Shown: one piece after another, positions 1 through 8,754 of the stretch
Layout: every line of letters starts with the position of its first letter
Position numbering within the stretch: position 1 is the stretch's first letter
Assembly: GCA_964014485.1 (NCBI GenBank)
Contig: CAXHAT010000198.1
Coordinates: 1-14,589, forward strand
Source: an uncultured Deferribacteres bacterium
GTDB lineage: Bacteria > Zhuqueibacterota > Zhuqueibacteria > Zhuqueibacterales > Geothermadaptataceae
Length of the DNA stretch: 14,589 nucleotides
Direction of reading: 5' to 3'
Position numbers and translations under genes: made by a program
Notes under the pieces: generated by a model
The model's input: only the letters and a program-made list of their open reading frames with translations
What the model was told of the DNA's origin: nothing
Database searches by the model: none

Positions 1-65
1 CCTCGGACTTTTTTACGAAAGGCCTTTAAATGTGAGTAAGGGCTGAATAGTCACGGTTTTTTAGC

Positions 66-86
66 TGAAAAAACGCCGTTTTTTCA
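66..86. repeat. 10-bp perfect inverted repeat TGAAAAAACG-C-CGTTTTTTCA downstream of the S9 peptidase (possible terminator or operator)
   Basis: Seen directly. A related near-palindrome CTGAAAA-CATGT-TTTTCAG lies at 125-143. Function is inferred only. Confidence 0.4.
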
Positions 87-156
87 ATTTTCGGGACGTT
101 TTTGGAATCTATGTAAAGCTCAAACTGAAAACATGTTTTTCAGAATTGAAAACACA

Positions 157-2181
157 CTACTTTTTTTCCGGCAATTCCAAAGCGGCCAAGTCCGGCTTTT
201 CATCACCGAAGAGGTAGTGATTGAACCACGCCAAATTGTGCTGCATCACGGCGCGCTGGGATTTTGGCTTTGAAATGCCGTGGCCATAGCCTTTGTAAAC
301 AACCATCTCCACCGATACGCCGCGATCTTCCAGCCCCTGCCGCAATTCGTAGGCGTTGGGAATTGGCACGCGGCGGTCGAATTCACCATGCTGGATTAGC
401 GTCGGAGTTTTAGCTTTCAAAATGTGCGTCATCGGCGAGGTTTTTTCATAGATTTTGGGATCGTCCGCCGGGTCGTCGCCGAGGTAGTTGATGGTGAATT
501 GCGTGATGTCGGTGTTGTAGTAGTAGGTCGCCCAATTCGAGATGCCCGCCCCAACGGAAATTGCCGCAAAGCGATCCGACGAAGTGGTCAGAAACGCGGA
601 AATATAACCGCCCTGGCTCCAGCCCATGCAGCCGACTTTGTCCCGATCCACCCAGCCTTTTTCGATGAGATGATCCACGCCCGAAATCACGTCCCAGGCG
701 TCGCCAACGCCGAGGTTGTTCATGTTGAGCGTCCGAAACTTTTCGCCGTAACCCGCGCTGCCGCGATAGTTGACGCGCAAAACTAACGCGCCGCGTCCCG
801 TCCAAATGTCGACCGGATAGTAGCGCGTGCCGCGCGAAAGCAGACCCGGACGATCAATGCCGGTTGGGCCGCCGTGGATGACGCACAACAACGGGTATTT
901 TTTTGAAGGGTCGAAATCCGCCGGTTTCATAAGCACGCCTTCAATCTCCGTGCCGTCCTGACTTTTCCAGGAAATGACCTCGCGCGTCGCCAGTTTGAAG
1001 TTTTCCGCCTGTTCGGTCATGCTGGTTAATTTTTCCGGCTTGAATTTCCTAACATCAGTCAGGTAAATCTCACGCATCGAGGTTGGTGTATCGGCGACGA
1101 AGGCCATTTTTTTGCCGTCTTTTGTGAAAGAAAAAGAGCCCGCCATCAAATCGTCCGGGGAAGTTAGACGGTTGATTTTGAGCAACTTTGGATCAAGATG
1201 AAAAATATGTGACGCGGTTTTTTGCAGCGCGGAAAAATAAATTCCATCTTTGCGCCACTCCACAAATCCCGGATGTTCGTCGAAATCTTCAGTGATAATT
1301 TTAGGCTCGCCGCCGGTTGCGGGAATGAGTGCATAATTGGAATTATAGGCAAAATAGAGCTCGCGCCCCATTTGCGTGGTGTAAAGAATTTGTGAGCCGT
1401 CCGGCGACCAGTGCGGCGAATTGTCCGGTCCCGGCGCTTCGACGATTTTGTAAGCGCTGTCCGCCGCAAAATCATAAATGAAAATGTCCGCCGTACCGAT
1501 GTTCACCAAATCGGAATTGATCGCTGCGTCGAAAGCGATCTTTTGGCCGTCTGGCGACCACTCAAAACCGCGAACATGAAAATCGCCCTTTGTGCGCTGA
1601 ACGCCTTTCTGTGGCTTTTGCATGGCGGAATCGATGGAGATCGTCCAGAGTTGCGCATGACGATATTCTCGCCGCACGAGGTCAAAAGCGCCGTAATGCT
1701 TTTTTCGATCTTTCATTGTTTTCGATTCGGCGTCTGTCATTGTGAAAGCAATCATTCTGCCATCTGGAGACCATTCGTAGCCGCCGACTCCGGATTCCAC
1801 GTTTGAGAGTTGAACAGCCTCGCCGCCAACAGGCCGAATCGCATAGAGCTGATTTTTGCCTTCGTTCCGCCCCGATGAGAACGTCAGCCACTGGCCGTCC
1901 GGCGACCATTGTGCGTTGAAAGCGGACTTGTCGCCGCGAGTCAATTGAAAGCTTGCCTTTGTCGCAGTGTTAAGCAGCCAAAGGTGCGTGATGTAGGCGT
2001 CCTCTTCAAAATCCGCCGCGCGAACGCTGTAGACAATCCATTTGCCGTCCGGCGAAATCGTCGCGCCGCCAATCGTTTTGATTTGGATAAGTTCATCCAC
2101 GGTTGGAACGGTCTTATCGTTGGCGAGCAACGGTTGAGACAACAAGCAAAGTGCGATCGATAGTTTTACAAAAAAACGCAT
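157..2181 (-). CDS. Secreted S9 family (prolyl oligopeptidase / acylaminoacyl peptidase-like) serine peptidase with N-terminal PD40/TolB-like beta-propeller
   Basis: Signal peptide MRFFVKLSIALCLLSQPLLA; repeated (W/I)SPDG blades; IHGGP; NYRGSAGYG; nucleophile elbow GWSQGG; catalytic Asp in HGEFDRRVP; catalytic His in GYGHG. GA-rich sequence upstream of ATG. Confidence 0.95.
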   Translation of the reverse strand: MRFFVKLSIALCLLSQPLLANDKTVPTVDELIQIKTIGGATISPDGKWIVYSVRAADFEEDAYITHLWLLNTATKASFQLTRGDKSAFNAQWSPDGQWLTFSSGRNEGKNQLYAIRPVGGEAVQLSNVESGVGGYEWSPDGRMIAFTMTDAESKTMKDRKKHYGAFDLVRREYRHAQLWTISIDSAMQKPQKGVQRTKGDFHVRGFEWSPDGQKIAFDAAINSDLVNIGTADIFIYDFAADSAYKIVEAPGPDNSPHWSPDGSQILYTTQMGRELYFAYNSNYALIPATGGEPKIITEDFDEHPGFVEWRKDGIYFSALQKTASHIFHLDPKLLKINRLTSPDDLMAGSFSFTKDGKKMAFVADTPTSMREIYLTDVRKFKPEKLTSMTEQAENFKLATREVISWKSQDGTEIEGVLMKPADFDPSKKYPLLCVIHGGPTGIDRPGLLSRGTRYYPVDIWTGRGALVLRVNYRGSAGYGEKFRTLNMNNLGVGDAWDVISGVDHLIEKGWVDRDKVGCMGWSQGGYISAFLTTSSDRFAAISVGAGISNWATYYYNTDITQFTINYLGDDPADDPKIYEKTSPMTHILKAKTPTLIQHGEFDRRVPIPNAYELRQGLEDRGVSVEMVVYKGYGHGISKPKSQRAVMQHNLAWFNHYLFGDEKPDLAALELPEKK

Positions 2182-2332
2182 CTCCGGCCTCTCTCGTTTT
2201 GTTGGGGAATTAGGGTTTGATCGTGTTGGAAAAATGGATAACTTAGTATCATCAAAAGTTAGTGCGTCCTGCTTTGCAAAATAAGACGGCGCAACCTTAT
2301 CGCAACTCTAAACCGTCAGAACGAGGCTTGAA

Positions 2333-3349
2333 ATGTCTTTCAATCTTGCTGTGGTCGGCCTCGGATATTGGGGCCCCAATCTCCTCCGAAACGCTTACGA
2401 AACTCGAAAATGTGGTCGCTTGATCGCCTGCGACCTCGATCCCGAAAAACGCAAACGCATCCAAACGCGCTACCCTGCGATTGAAGTCACTGACGACATT
2501 GAATCGCTTTATGGCGACGAATCGATTGACGCAATGATTTTTGCCACGCCGGTTTCGACGCATTTTCCTCTGGCAAGCCGCGCCCTGGAAGCCGGGAAAC
2601 ACGTGTTTGTCGAGAAACCGATGACCGCCAAGCCGGAAGAATCTGAAAAGCTTGTTGAGCTGGCAGACAAAAACAATCTTCGCTTGATGACCGGTCATAC
2701 GTTCGAATACAGCCCGCCAGTGTTGAAAATCAAGGAAATTATTGAGAGCGGCGATCTCGGTCAGGTTTATTACGTCAGCGCATCGCGCGTTAATCTTGGT
2801 TTGCACCAAAAAGACGTCTCGGTGATCTGGGACTTGGCGCCGCATGATTTTTCGAGCATCTTTTTCTGGCTCGGCGAAATGCCGGTGCGCGTCTCGGCGA
2901 TGGGCAAGGATTATGTGCAAAAAGGCATTCCCGACGTCGCTTTCGTTAATCTCGAATTCGCTTCCGGCGCGATTGCAAACGTGCAGGTAAGCTGGCTCTC
3001 GCCAAGTAAACTGCGTCGGACGGCCCTCATAGGCAGCGACAAGATGCTCGTTTACGATGACACGGAGAACACTGAAAAAGTGAAGATTTTCGACAAAGGC
3101 GTTAACTATAAAGACCCGGAGACTTTCGGCGAGTACCATTTGAGTTACCGCACCGGCGATGTGGTCAGCCCGCGTATTGACACTTATGAACCGTTGTTTC
3201 AAGAGATGAGCCATTTTATCGAATGTTGCCAAACCGGGGCGACGCCGCGAACGGACGGACGAAACGGTCTGCGCGTGGTTAAAACACTCGATGCGGCGGA
3301 ACGATCATTGCGATCCGGCGGAAAAGTGATTGAACTCGCAAGTGAATAA
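2333..3349 (+). CDS. Gfo/Idh/MocA family NAD-dependent oxidoreductase (type found in polysaccharide loci; probable nucleotide-sugar dehydrogenase)
   Basis: N-terminal Rossmann motif VVGLGYWG, HVFVEKP, GHTFEY and WDLAPHD motifs. Lies 17 bp upstream of a glycosyltransferase gene. Confidence 0.92.
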   Translation: MSFNLAVVGLGYWGPNLLRNAYETRKCGRLIACDLDPEKRKRIQTRYPAIEVTDDIESLYGDESIDAMIFATPVSTHFPLASRALEAGKHVFVEKPMTAKPEESEKLVELADKNNLRLMTGHTFEYSPPVLKIKEIIESGDLGQVYYVSASRVNLGLHQKDVSVIWDLAPHDFSSIFFWLGEMPVRVSAMGKDYVQKGIPDVAFVNLEFASGAIANVQVSWLSPSKLRRTALIGSDKMLVYDDTENTEKVKIFDKGVNYKDPETFGEYHLSYRTGDVVSPRIDTYEPLFQEMSHFIECCQTGATPRTDGRNGLRVVKTLDAAERSLRSGGKVIELASE

Positions 3350-3366
3350 GCTGAACTTCCGCACGA

Positions 3367-5808
3367 ATGACTGACGCAGCAACCGGCGAAATGACGACGA
3401 TTCTTGCTCAACCGCCAGCCGAACTTCCTCTCGTTTCCGTGGTGATTCCCATGCACAACGAAGCGCCGAACATTCGGCGCTGCGTGGAATCGATTCTAAA
3501 CCAAACCTACCCGACCGAACGCCTGGAGGTCGTGGTGGTGGACGGTATTTCCGACGACGGGTCGCGCGAAATTTTGCGCGAACTTGATCAGGAATACGAG
3601 AATGTCCACTGCCACGACAATCCCCTCCGAATAACGCCGCGAGCGCTAAACATCGGCGTGCGAAATTCCAAAGGCGACGTCATCATTATTCTTGGCGCAC
3701 ATACGAAAATCAATGAAGATTTTATCGCGCTGAACATTGAGTACATGCAGATGCGCGGCGAAGTCTGCACTGGCGGCACGCAAATCAATGTTGGCGATTC
3801 GTGGCTTCAGCAGGCCATCGGCGCGGGCATGGCTTCGCCTTTTGGCATTCCAACGGCGCCCTATCGTTTTGAGCGGAAGGAGCGCTATGTCGACACCGTG
3901 GTCTATGCCGCCTACAAGCGTGAGGTGCTGGAAGAAGCGGGGCTTTTCGAGGAAGATTTGCACATTGCCGAAGACGCGGAATTAAACTGGCGCATTCGAC
4001 AGAAAAAGCACAAGATATTTTTCTCACCCAAAATCGTTTCTTACTACTATCCCCGCCCGACGCTGGGCAAACTTTTCAAGCAATTTTTCAACTATGGTTT
4101 GATGCGGGTCAATGTCATCAAAAAGCATCCCGACGCATTTCGGCTGCTGCATCTTTTACCAGCCGCGGCGATAGTTTTGGGCGGTTTCCTCGCGGGGATG
4201 TCTTTCTTTCATAACGCATTTTTCTATACGTTGCTCATATTGAGCGGGCTTTACGTTGGCGGTCTTGGCGCGGGAAGCATTTTGACGGCCAGGAAAACGC
4301 AATGGAAATTTTTGCCTGCTCTGCCCAGCGTATTTTCCACCCTGCATTTTGGCTTTGGCGTCGGTTTCGTCGTAGGGCTGTTCAAATCACGCAAATTTGG
4401 CGGCGCCATTCCGCCTTGGGCGGAGCGCACTTTGCTCGTTATCAGCGACGCAGTTGCCACGATGAGCGCCTTTGCCGTTCTTGCCTATTCACGCTCGGAA
4501 ATGGGGTTCGTTGCAGTGACGGAATCATTTGAAATCCTCCGCTTGGGTTTGATCACATTTGTCTATTGGTTCGTCATCTTTCTATACACCGGACTCTACA
4601 AAACCTGGCAGGCAACCTCGCGCCTCGACGAATTCATTCAAGTTTTCAAAGCCGTTTTCTGGGGCGTTTTGGTTATTTTCCTGATCACCGTCGATCTTGA
4701 AAAGGACATCGAAAATCCGCTGCCGCCGAGTCGTTTTATGATTTTTTCCTACCTCGTTTATATGACCGCATTCGTCGGCGTTGGCCGGACAATCATTCAT
4801 ACATTTCAAAGAAAATTGCTTGAATTAGGCGTTGGGTTGAAACGTACGCTTATCGTCGGCTGGGGCGAAAAGGCGTTCGATTTGTTCAACAAGGTAAGCA
4901 ACTATCCGGCGCTGGGCTACCGAGTCGTAGGTTTTGCCGCGCCGGAAAAAATGAATGGTCGAATGGATTATCAGGGGGTTCCGATGATGGGCGAAATTGC
5001 GCAACTCGAAGATGTGCTCAAGGAAAACAAGATTGAAGAAGTTCTCATCGCGCTCAGAAGCAAGCACCGACGGAAAATCTACGATATTATCGCCGCGACG
5101 GACGCCGTACCGGTGAAGCTCAAAGTCGTCCCGGATTTATACAGCATTATTACTGGTCAGGCGCGCACTAACCAAATCTACGGCATCCCCTTGATTGAAA
5201 TCTTGCCGCAACTAATGCCTGCCTGGGAGAAAACAACCAAGCGCGTTCTGGATGTCATTATCTCGCTCGCGATCCTCATTTTTGGCCTCCCGTTTTGGCT
5301 CTTGATCGCGTTGATCATTCGTCTGGATAGTCCGGGGCCAATTATTTATTCGCAGAAACGAGTCGGGCAAAATGGGCGGGAATTCAAAGTGTATAAATTT
5401 CGCAGCATGGTGCAGGACGCCGAGAAACTTTCGGGGCCGAAATGGGCGGATCAGAACGATCCGCGAGTGACGCGCGTCGGCAAATGGATCCGGAAGCTGC
5501 GCCTCGACGAAGTGCCGCAGTTCTGGAACGTTCTAAAGGGCGAAATGAGTTTGGTGGGGCCGCGGCCTGAACGGCCTTTTTTCGTGGAAAAATTGCGCAA
5601 GGAAATCCCGCTTTACACACGACGACTGCGCGTACGTCCCGGCATCTCCGGCTGGGCGCAAATCAAGGGCGGTTACGACGCTTCGGTTGAGGATGTCAAA
5701 CAGAAGTTACAATACGATCTTTTCTATCTTGAAAATATGTCGTTGCGAATGGATTTGAAGATTCTGTTGAATACGATTTATGTTGTTTTGTTAGGCAAAG
5801 GCAGGTAG
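3367..5808 (+). CDS. Bifunctional ExoA-like GT2 glycosyltransferase fused to a WcaJ/ExoY-like polyprenyl-phosphate phosphoglycosyltransferase (Bac_transf)
   Basis: aa ~20-340: [37 protein letters not shown], then TM helices. aa ~348-813: four TM segments, CoA-binding-like domain (TLIVGWG...GYRVVGF), and PGT core [41 protein letters not shown]. Confidence 0.92.
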   Translation: MTDAATGEMTTILAQPPAELPLVSVVIPMHNEAPNIRRCVESILNQTYPTERLEVVVVDGISDDGSREILRELDQEYENVHCHDNPLRITPRALNIGVRNSKGDVIIILGAHTKINEDFIALNIEYMQMRGEVCTGGTQINVGDSWLQQAIGAGMASPFGIPTAPYRFERKERYVDTVVYAAYKREVLEEAGLFEEDLHIAEDAELNWRIRQKKHKIFFSPKIVSYYYPRPTLGKLFKQFFNYGLMRVNVIKKHPDAFRLLHLLPAAAIVLGGFLAGMSFFHNAFFYTLLILSGLYVGGLGAGSILTARKTQWKFLPALPSVFSTLHFGFGVGFVVGLFKSRKFGGAIPPWAERTLLVISDAVATMSAFAVLAYSRSEMGFVAVTESFEILRLGLITFVYWFVIFLYTGLYKTWQATSRLDEFIQVFKAVFWGVLVIFLITVDLEKDIENPLPPSRFMIFSYLVYMTAFVGVGRTIIHTFQRKLLELGVGLKRTLIVGWGEKAFDLFNKVSNYPALGYRVVGFAAPEKMNGRMDYQGVPMMGEIAQLEDVLKENKIEEVLIALRSKHRRKIYDIIAATDAVPVKLKVVPDLYSIITGQARTNQIYGIPLIEILPQLMPAWEKTTKRVLDVIISLAILIFGLPFWLLIALIIRLDSPGPIIYSQKRVGQNGREFKVYKFRSMVQDAEKLSGPKWADQNDPRVTRVGKWIRKLRLDEVPQFWNVLKGEMSLVGPRPERPFFVEKLRKEIPLYTRRLRVRPGISGWAQIKGGYDASVEDVKQKLQYDLFYLENMSLRMDLKILLNTIYVVLLGKGR

Positions 5809-5821
5809 TCTTGTTTTGGCT

Positions 5822-6820
5822 TTAGAGCTTGTAGCCGACTCCCAATTCTATTGTATTCAATCGAATTGTCTCTTGAATTGGAGAAAGCAGTTCCGCTTTT
5901 GCAAAATTCCATTTAAAAATGGTGACAGCTATAAACCTTCTCTTGCTGAATTCCACGCCGAATTCCAGGTTTGGATAACTGAAGATAGAAGAAGTATTCT
6001 CAGTACTTAGCGTATAATCTATGGGCAAATCTTCGTCTTCTTCTCGATCGTATTCTTGCCGTGATAGCACATGAAATTGCCTGCGATCTTGAACCACAAC
6101 CGAAAGTGAAAGCCCATAAAGAACGCGAATCTCGGAAGCGTTCGAGCGGAACACCGAAGAAACGAAAATCGGCGAGACGTCGATGAAGCTGACTTCAAAG
6201 TTGAGGGCTCGGATATGGAATTCAGTCGAGATCGGCGTGATGAATAGTACATTTAGCCGCTCCGCCGAAAAACGCCGCGTATGAAAGCCGAGCCCGAGGC
6301 GCAGATCGAGCGATTTTAATAAAAAATAGTCCCGATTTAGGCCAAAAGAAACCCCCAGATCTCTTTGCATTCGCGGGACTCCCGTAAGCGCCAAGTTCGC
6401 TCCGGAAAGAACGCTCCAATGCGTCTGCGGCGGAGCGCCTTTTGTGTGCGCCATCATTTCATAGGTCAAAAACGGCCCGACCATCATTCCAATTGTTGCG
6501 CCCGTCAAACCGCCCTCGAAATCGTCGTCAATCAGCGTGCCTGCAACGACTCCTAAAAAAATGCCAAACGGCAATCCGATCATGGCGCCAATCACTTTAT
6601 CGTGCGTTTTGAAGCGACGCTCAGCACTTTCTTTTTGCCAAGCGCGGGAATTCAAGACTTTTTGTGTCGGCTTTTTTTGAGAAACGTTTTGCCCGAAGAA
6701 AACCTGAGGGACGGCTTTGGAAGGGAAAAGTTGACTTTGCGCCGTAACGGAAAAAGACGTGCAGAGCTGGCAAATCCAAACAAAAACAATGCTGAATCGC
6801 ACAATCATTTTGAACCCCAT
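5822..6820 (-). CDS. Putative outer-membrane beta-barrel protein with N-terminal glycine-zipper-like hydrophobic segment
   Basis: Signal peptide ending ...SVTA|Q; GxxxG-rich segment GAMIGLPFGIFLGVVAG...GGLTGATIGMMVG; amphipathic strands (LGVSFGL, LRLGLGF, EFGVEF); C-terminal IELGVGYKL resembles a beta-signal. Confidence 0.65.
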   Translation of the reverse strand: MGFKMIVRFSIVFVWICQLCTSFSVTAQSQLFPSKAVPQVFFGQNVSQKKPTQKVLNSRAWQKESAERRFKTHDKVIGAMIGLPFGIFLGVVAGTLIDDDFEGGLTGATIGMMVGPFLTYEMMAHTKGAPPQTHWSVLSGANLALTGVPRMQRDLGVSFGLNRDYFLLKSLDLRLGLGFHTRRFSAERLNVLFITPISTEFHIRALNFEVSFIDVSPIFVSSVFRSNASEIRVLYGLSLSVVVQDRRQFHVLSRQEYDREEDEDLPIDYTLSTENTSSIFSYPNLEFGVEFSKRRFIAVTIFKWNFAKAELLSPIQETIRLNTIELGVGYKL

Positions 6821-6854
6821 GATTGCTGGTTTGTTTGACTATTCCCCCAAGGAC

Positions 6855-7241
6855 TCAACGCCCTTTTCGGGCAGCCAGCGATTTGAGACGCACCGTCGGG
6901 AGGCGTTTTAGCCTTTGCGTTCTAGGGTCAACCTCAATGCCAACCGATTCTAAAGCCGTCACACCCAGAATCGGCTCTATGTCGTCATCACCAATAATAA
7001 TAGTTGATCCGACAATGTCTCCCATAAATTCAACATCTGCCGTGGTGACGTCCATCCTGATTTCAGATCCGTCGGCTAATTCATAGGCTCTTTGCGCTTT
7101 TGGTTTCAGGCCGATTTCTCGTAAATGCTTACCCGGTACAAGACAGTCTATGCTGCCTGTGTCGACCAGAAAAAGGCTTTCCCAAGTCCGTTCCGGTTCC
7201 GCGGGGTTTCTTATGGTTACAGTTACATGCGTCATTCCCAT
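6855..7241 (-). CDS. Single-domain clan AA (retropepsin-like) aspartic protease, AF_0612-like
   Basis: FLVDTGS catalytic motif, YELADG flap, ILGVTALE motif, 128 aa. Strong SD GGGAGG upstream of ATG. Confidence 0.9.
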   Translation of the reverse strand: MGMTHVTVTIRNPAEPERTWESLFLVDTGSIDCLVPGKHLREIGLKPKAQRAYELADGSEIRMDVTTADVEFMGDIVGSTIIIGDDDIEPILGVTALESVGIEVDPRTQRLKRLPTVRLKSLAARKGR

Positions 7242-7299
7242 TTCTACCCTCCCATTTCAAAGTGATATAGGCGTCTCGTTTACAGTTTTATACTGCTCA

Positions 7300-7328
7300 A
7301 ACATAGCGCATCCGGTAAGTTTATGCAA
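7300..7328 (-). promoter_or_regulatory. Putative sigma70 promoter for the aspartic protease gene (TTGCAT-N17-TATGTT)
   Basis: -35 at 7328-7323, -10 at 7305-7300, 17-bp spacer, about 60 bp upstream of the ATG at 7241. Confidence 0.5.
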
Positions 7329-7342
7329 TGAAAAAGAGCATC

Positions 7343-7781
7343 TTAATTGCTCGCGGGAAAATACCACACCCGTAAAATCTTCCTTCACGAGTCTCATAAA
7401 TTGCCAGCGCAGATTATGAGAACTCCTAGCAGTTTCGTTTCCAGAAAGCACGTTCTTGCTGAGACATTTGCTCCGGAAACCATCGTTCACTCAATTTTCG
7501 AGCGCGCCGACGGAATGTTGGTGAAATAAGAGTTCATTGCTTCATGAAGGGCGTTTCGGCCGGAAGTTTTCACTATAACCGAGTCCGGTTTAACGATACG
7601 CAGCTATTTGAGGTCGTGAGAAACAAGTTCGCCCATCGCATTGATGTCATGTCGGTTTAACGCATTTGTAAGCGACTCGAGAATTTCCGCCGGATTACTT
7701 GCTTTGGAGTTCAACAATTCTTGCGACGAGGCCGCCCATTAAAGAAAAGACTAACATTTCTCACTTCGTCTGGAACGCCAT
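7343..7781 (-). pseudogene. Degraded SnoaL-like / NTF2-family secreted protein pseudogene
   Basis: Stitched translation: MAFQTK*EMLVFSLM/ASSQELLNSKASNPAEILESLTNALNRHDINAMGELVSHDLK*LRIVKPDSVIVKTSGRNALHEAMNSYFTNIPSARSKIE*TMVSGANVS/QERAFWKRNC*EFS*SALAIYETREG/ILRVWYFPASN*. Internal stops at 7761-63, 7604-06, 7487-89, 7426-28 and 7414-16; about three frameshifts. Confidence 0.8.
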
Positions 7782-7990
7782 AAACTACTATTTGTAAAAG
7801 TCTTAGACTTAGGAATACGGTGAAAATATTCGAACAACGCTTGAGCGTGGCAGTGAATTGTATTCTTCATTTTTTGCCTAAAAAGCTCTGATTTGGCCTC
7901 AATTTGAAGTGAGAAATGTTAGGAAAAGAGTATCAAATCCAAGCGGGCTGAACTATCGGAGGGTAAAACTTCTGGAAATTGCTATAAACG

Positions 7991-8018
7991 ACAACGGCGA
8001 CTTAAAAGCCGCCGTTGT
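7991..8018 (-). terminator. Hairpin downstream of the RRM gene, probable intrinsic terminator
   Basis: On the - strand: ACAACGGCGGCTT-TT-AAGTCGCCGTTGT. The single mismatch is a G-U pair only on the - strand. The tail CGTTTAT is weak. Confidence 0.6.
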
Positions 8019-8065
8019 TATTAATCAAAATCAAAAGATTGATTCGCCGCTAATTGGTACTGCTG

Positions 8066-8377
8066 TTACCAATTTCCGCCGCCGAATCCGCCACCGCCGC
8101 CGCCGCGACGACCACCGCCGCCACCGCCACGATTATCTCTCGGACGCGCTTCGTTAACAACCAAAGTGCGACCGCCGAAATCCGACTGATTCAATTGTTC
8201 AATCGCATTTCTGGCGCTGTCGTCTTCAGTCATTTCAACGAAGCCAAAGCCCCGAAGTCTGCCTGTTTCGCGGTCTTTGATCAACTTGACGCTGTCAACA
8301 GCGCCATATTGTTCAAAAAGTTCCCTCACAGCATCTTCGTCAGTGCTCCATGGGATGTTACCAACATAGATATTCAT
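8066..8377 (-). CDS. RRM-domain RNA-binding protein with Gly/Arg-rich C-terminal tail (RbpA-like)
   Basis: RNP2 IYVGNI, RNP1 RGFGFVEM, LVVNEARPR, tail RGGGGGGRRGGGGGGFGGGNW. The true start is most likely ATG 8377 (SD CAGGAG), not the 8437 in the ORF track. Confidence 0.95.
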   Translation of the reverse strand: MNIYVGNIPWSTDEDAVRELFEQYGAVDSVKLIKDRETGRLRGFGFVEMTEDDSARNAIEQLNQSDFGGRTLVVNEARPRDNRGGGGGGRRGGGGGGFGGGNW

Positions 8378-8492
8378 AATAACTCCTGAAAAATGAGAAA
8401 AAAGGCCCAACGAAGATTGTCTATGAGCAAGAACCAAAAACGATACATTGCGGAGAACAGCAGTTGTTGGGTGTTAGTTAAAGAACGACCGA

Positions 8493-8520
8493 AATATACA
8501 AAAACTTCTTCTCGCGTCAA
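8493..8520 (-). promoter_or_regulatory. Putative sigma70 promoter of the RRM gene (TTGACG-N16-TATATT)
   Basis: -35 at 8520-8515, -10 at 8498-8493, AT-rich tract upstream. Implies a ~110-nt 5' UTR. Confidence 0.6.
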
Positions 8521-8754
8521 GTGCAATCCTAAGTTTTTTTTACGAAAAAATGAAAAACGTCTATTTAGAACGCCTGTTTCATCCAGTCAGGCTCTCATTC
8601 GTCGCGAAAATTCGCGGGAGTATCGCGCTTTTTAACGCCCGTCCCGTCCACAAGGGCTGAATTCGGCTCGTTTGAAAGAACGACCATTTGTGAAAAAAGC
8701 GATCAATGCAACGTTTCTTCCAAGAGGGGCGCGGCTTCTGCTCCGGCGCCAAGA

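Noticed and set aside
40..54. GGGCTGAATAGTCAC, reminiscent of an IS66-family terminal repeat (...CTGAATAGTTAC)
   Set aside because: Single imperfect match recalled from memory; no partner end or transposase in the window.
2297..3232. 311-aa antisense ORF over the oxidoreductase
   Set aside because: Shadow ORF opposite a gene with clear family motifs; it has no recognisable motifs of its own.
7257..7529. Short ORFs 7257-7490 and 7347-7529 as a possible toxin-antitoxin pair
   Set aside because: Better explained as frames of the decayed SnoaL/NTF2 pseudogene.
8074..8130. CCG/CCA trinucleotide-like repeats
   Set aside because: These encode the poly-Gly tail of the RRM protein.
8378..8437. N-terminal extension of the RRM ORF given in the ORF track
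   Set aside because: Family members begin at MNIYVGN, and a good SD precedes ATG 8377.
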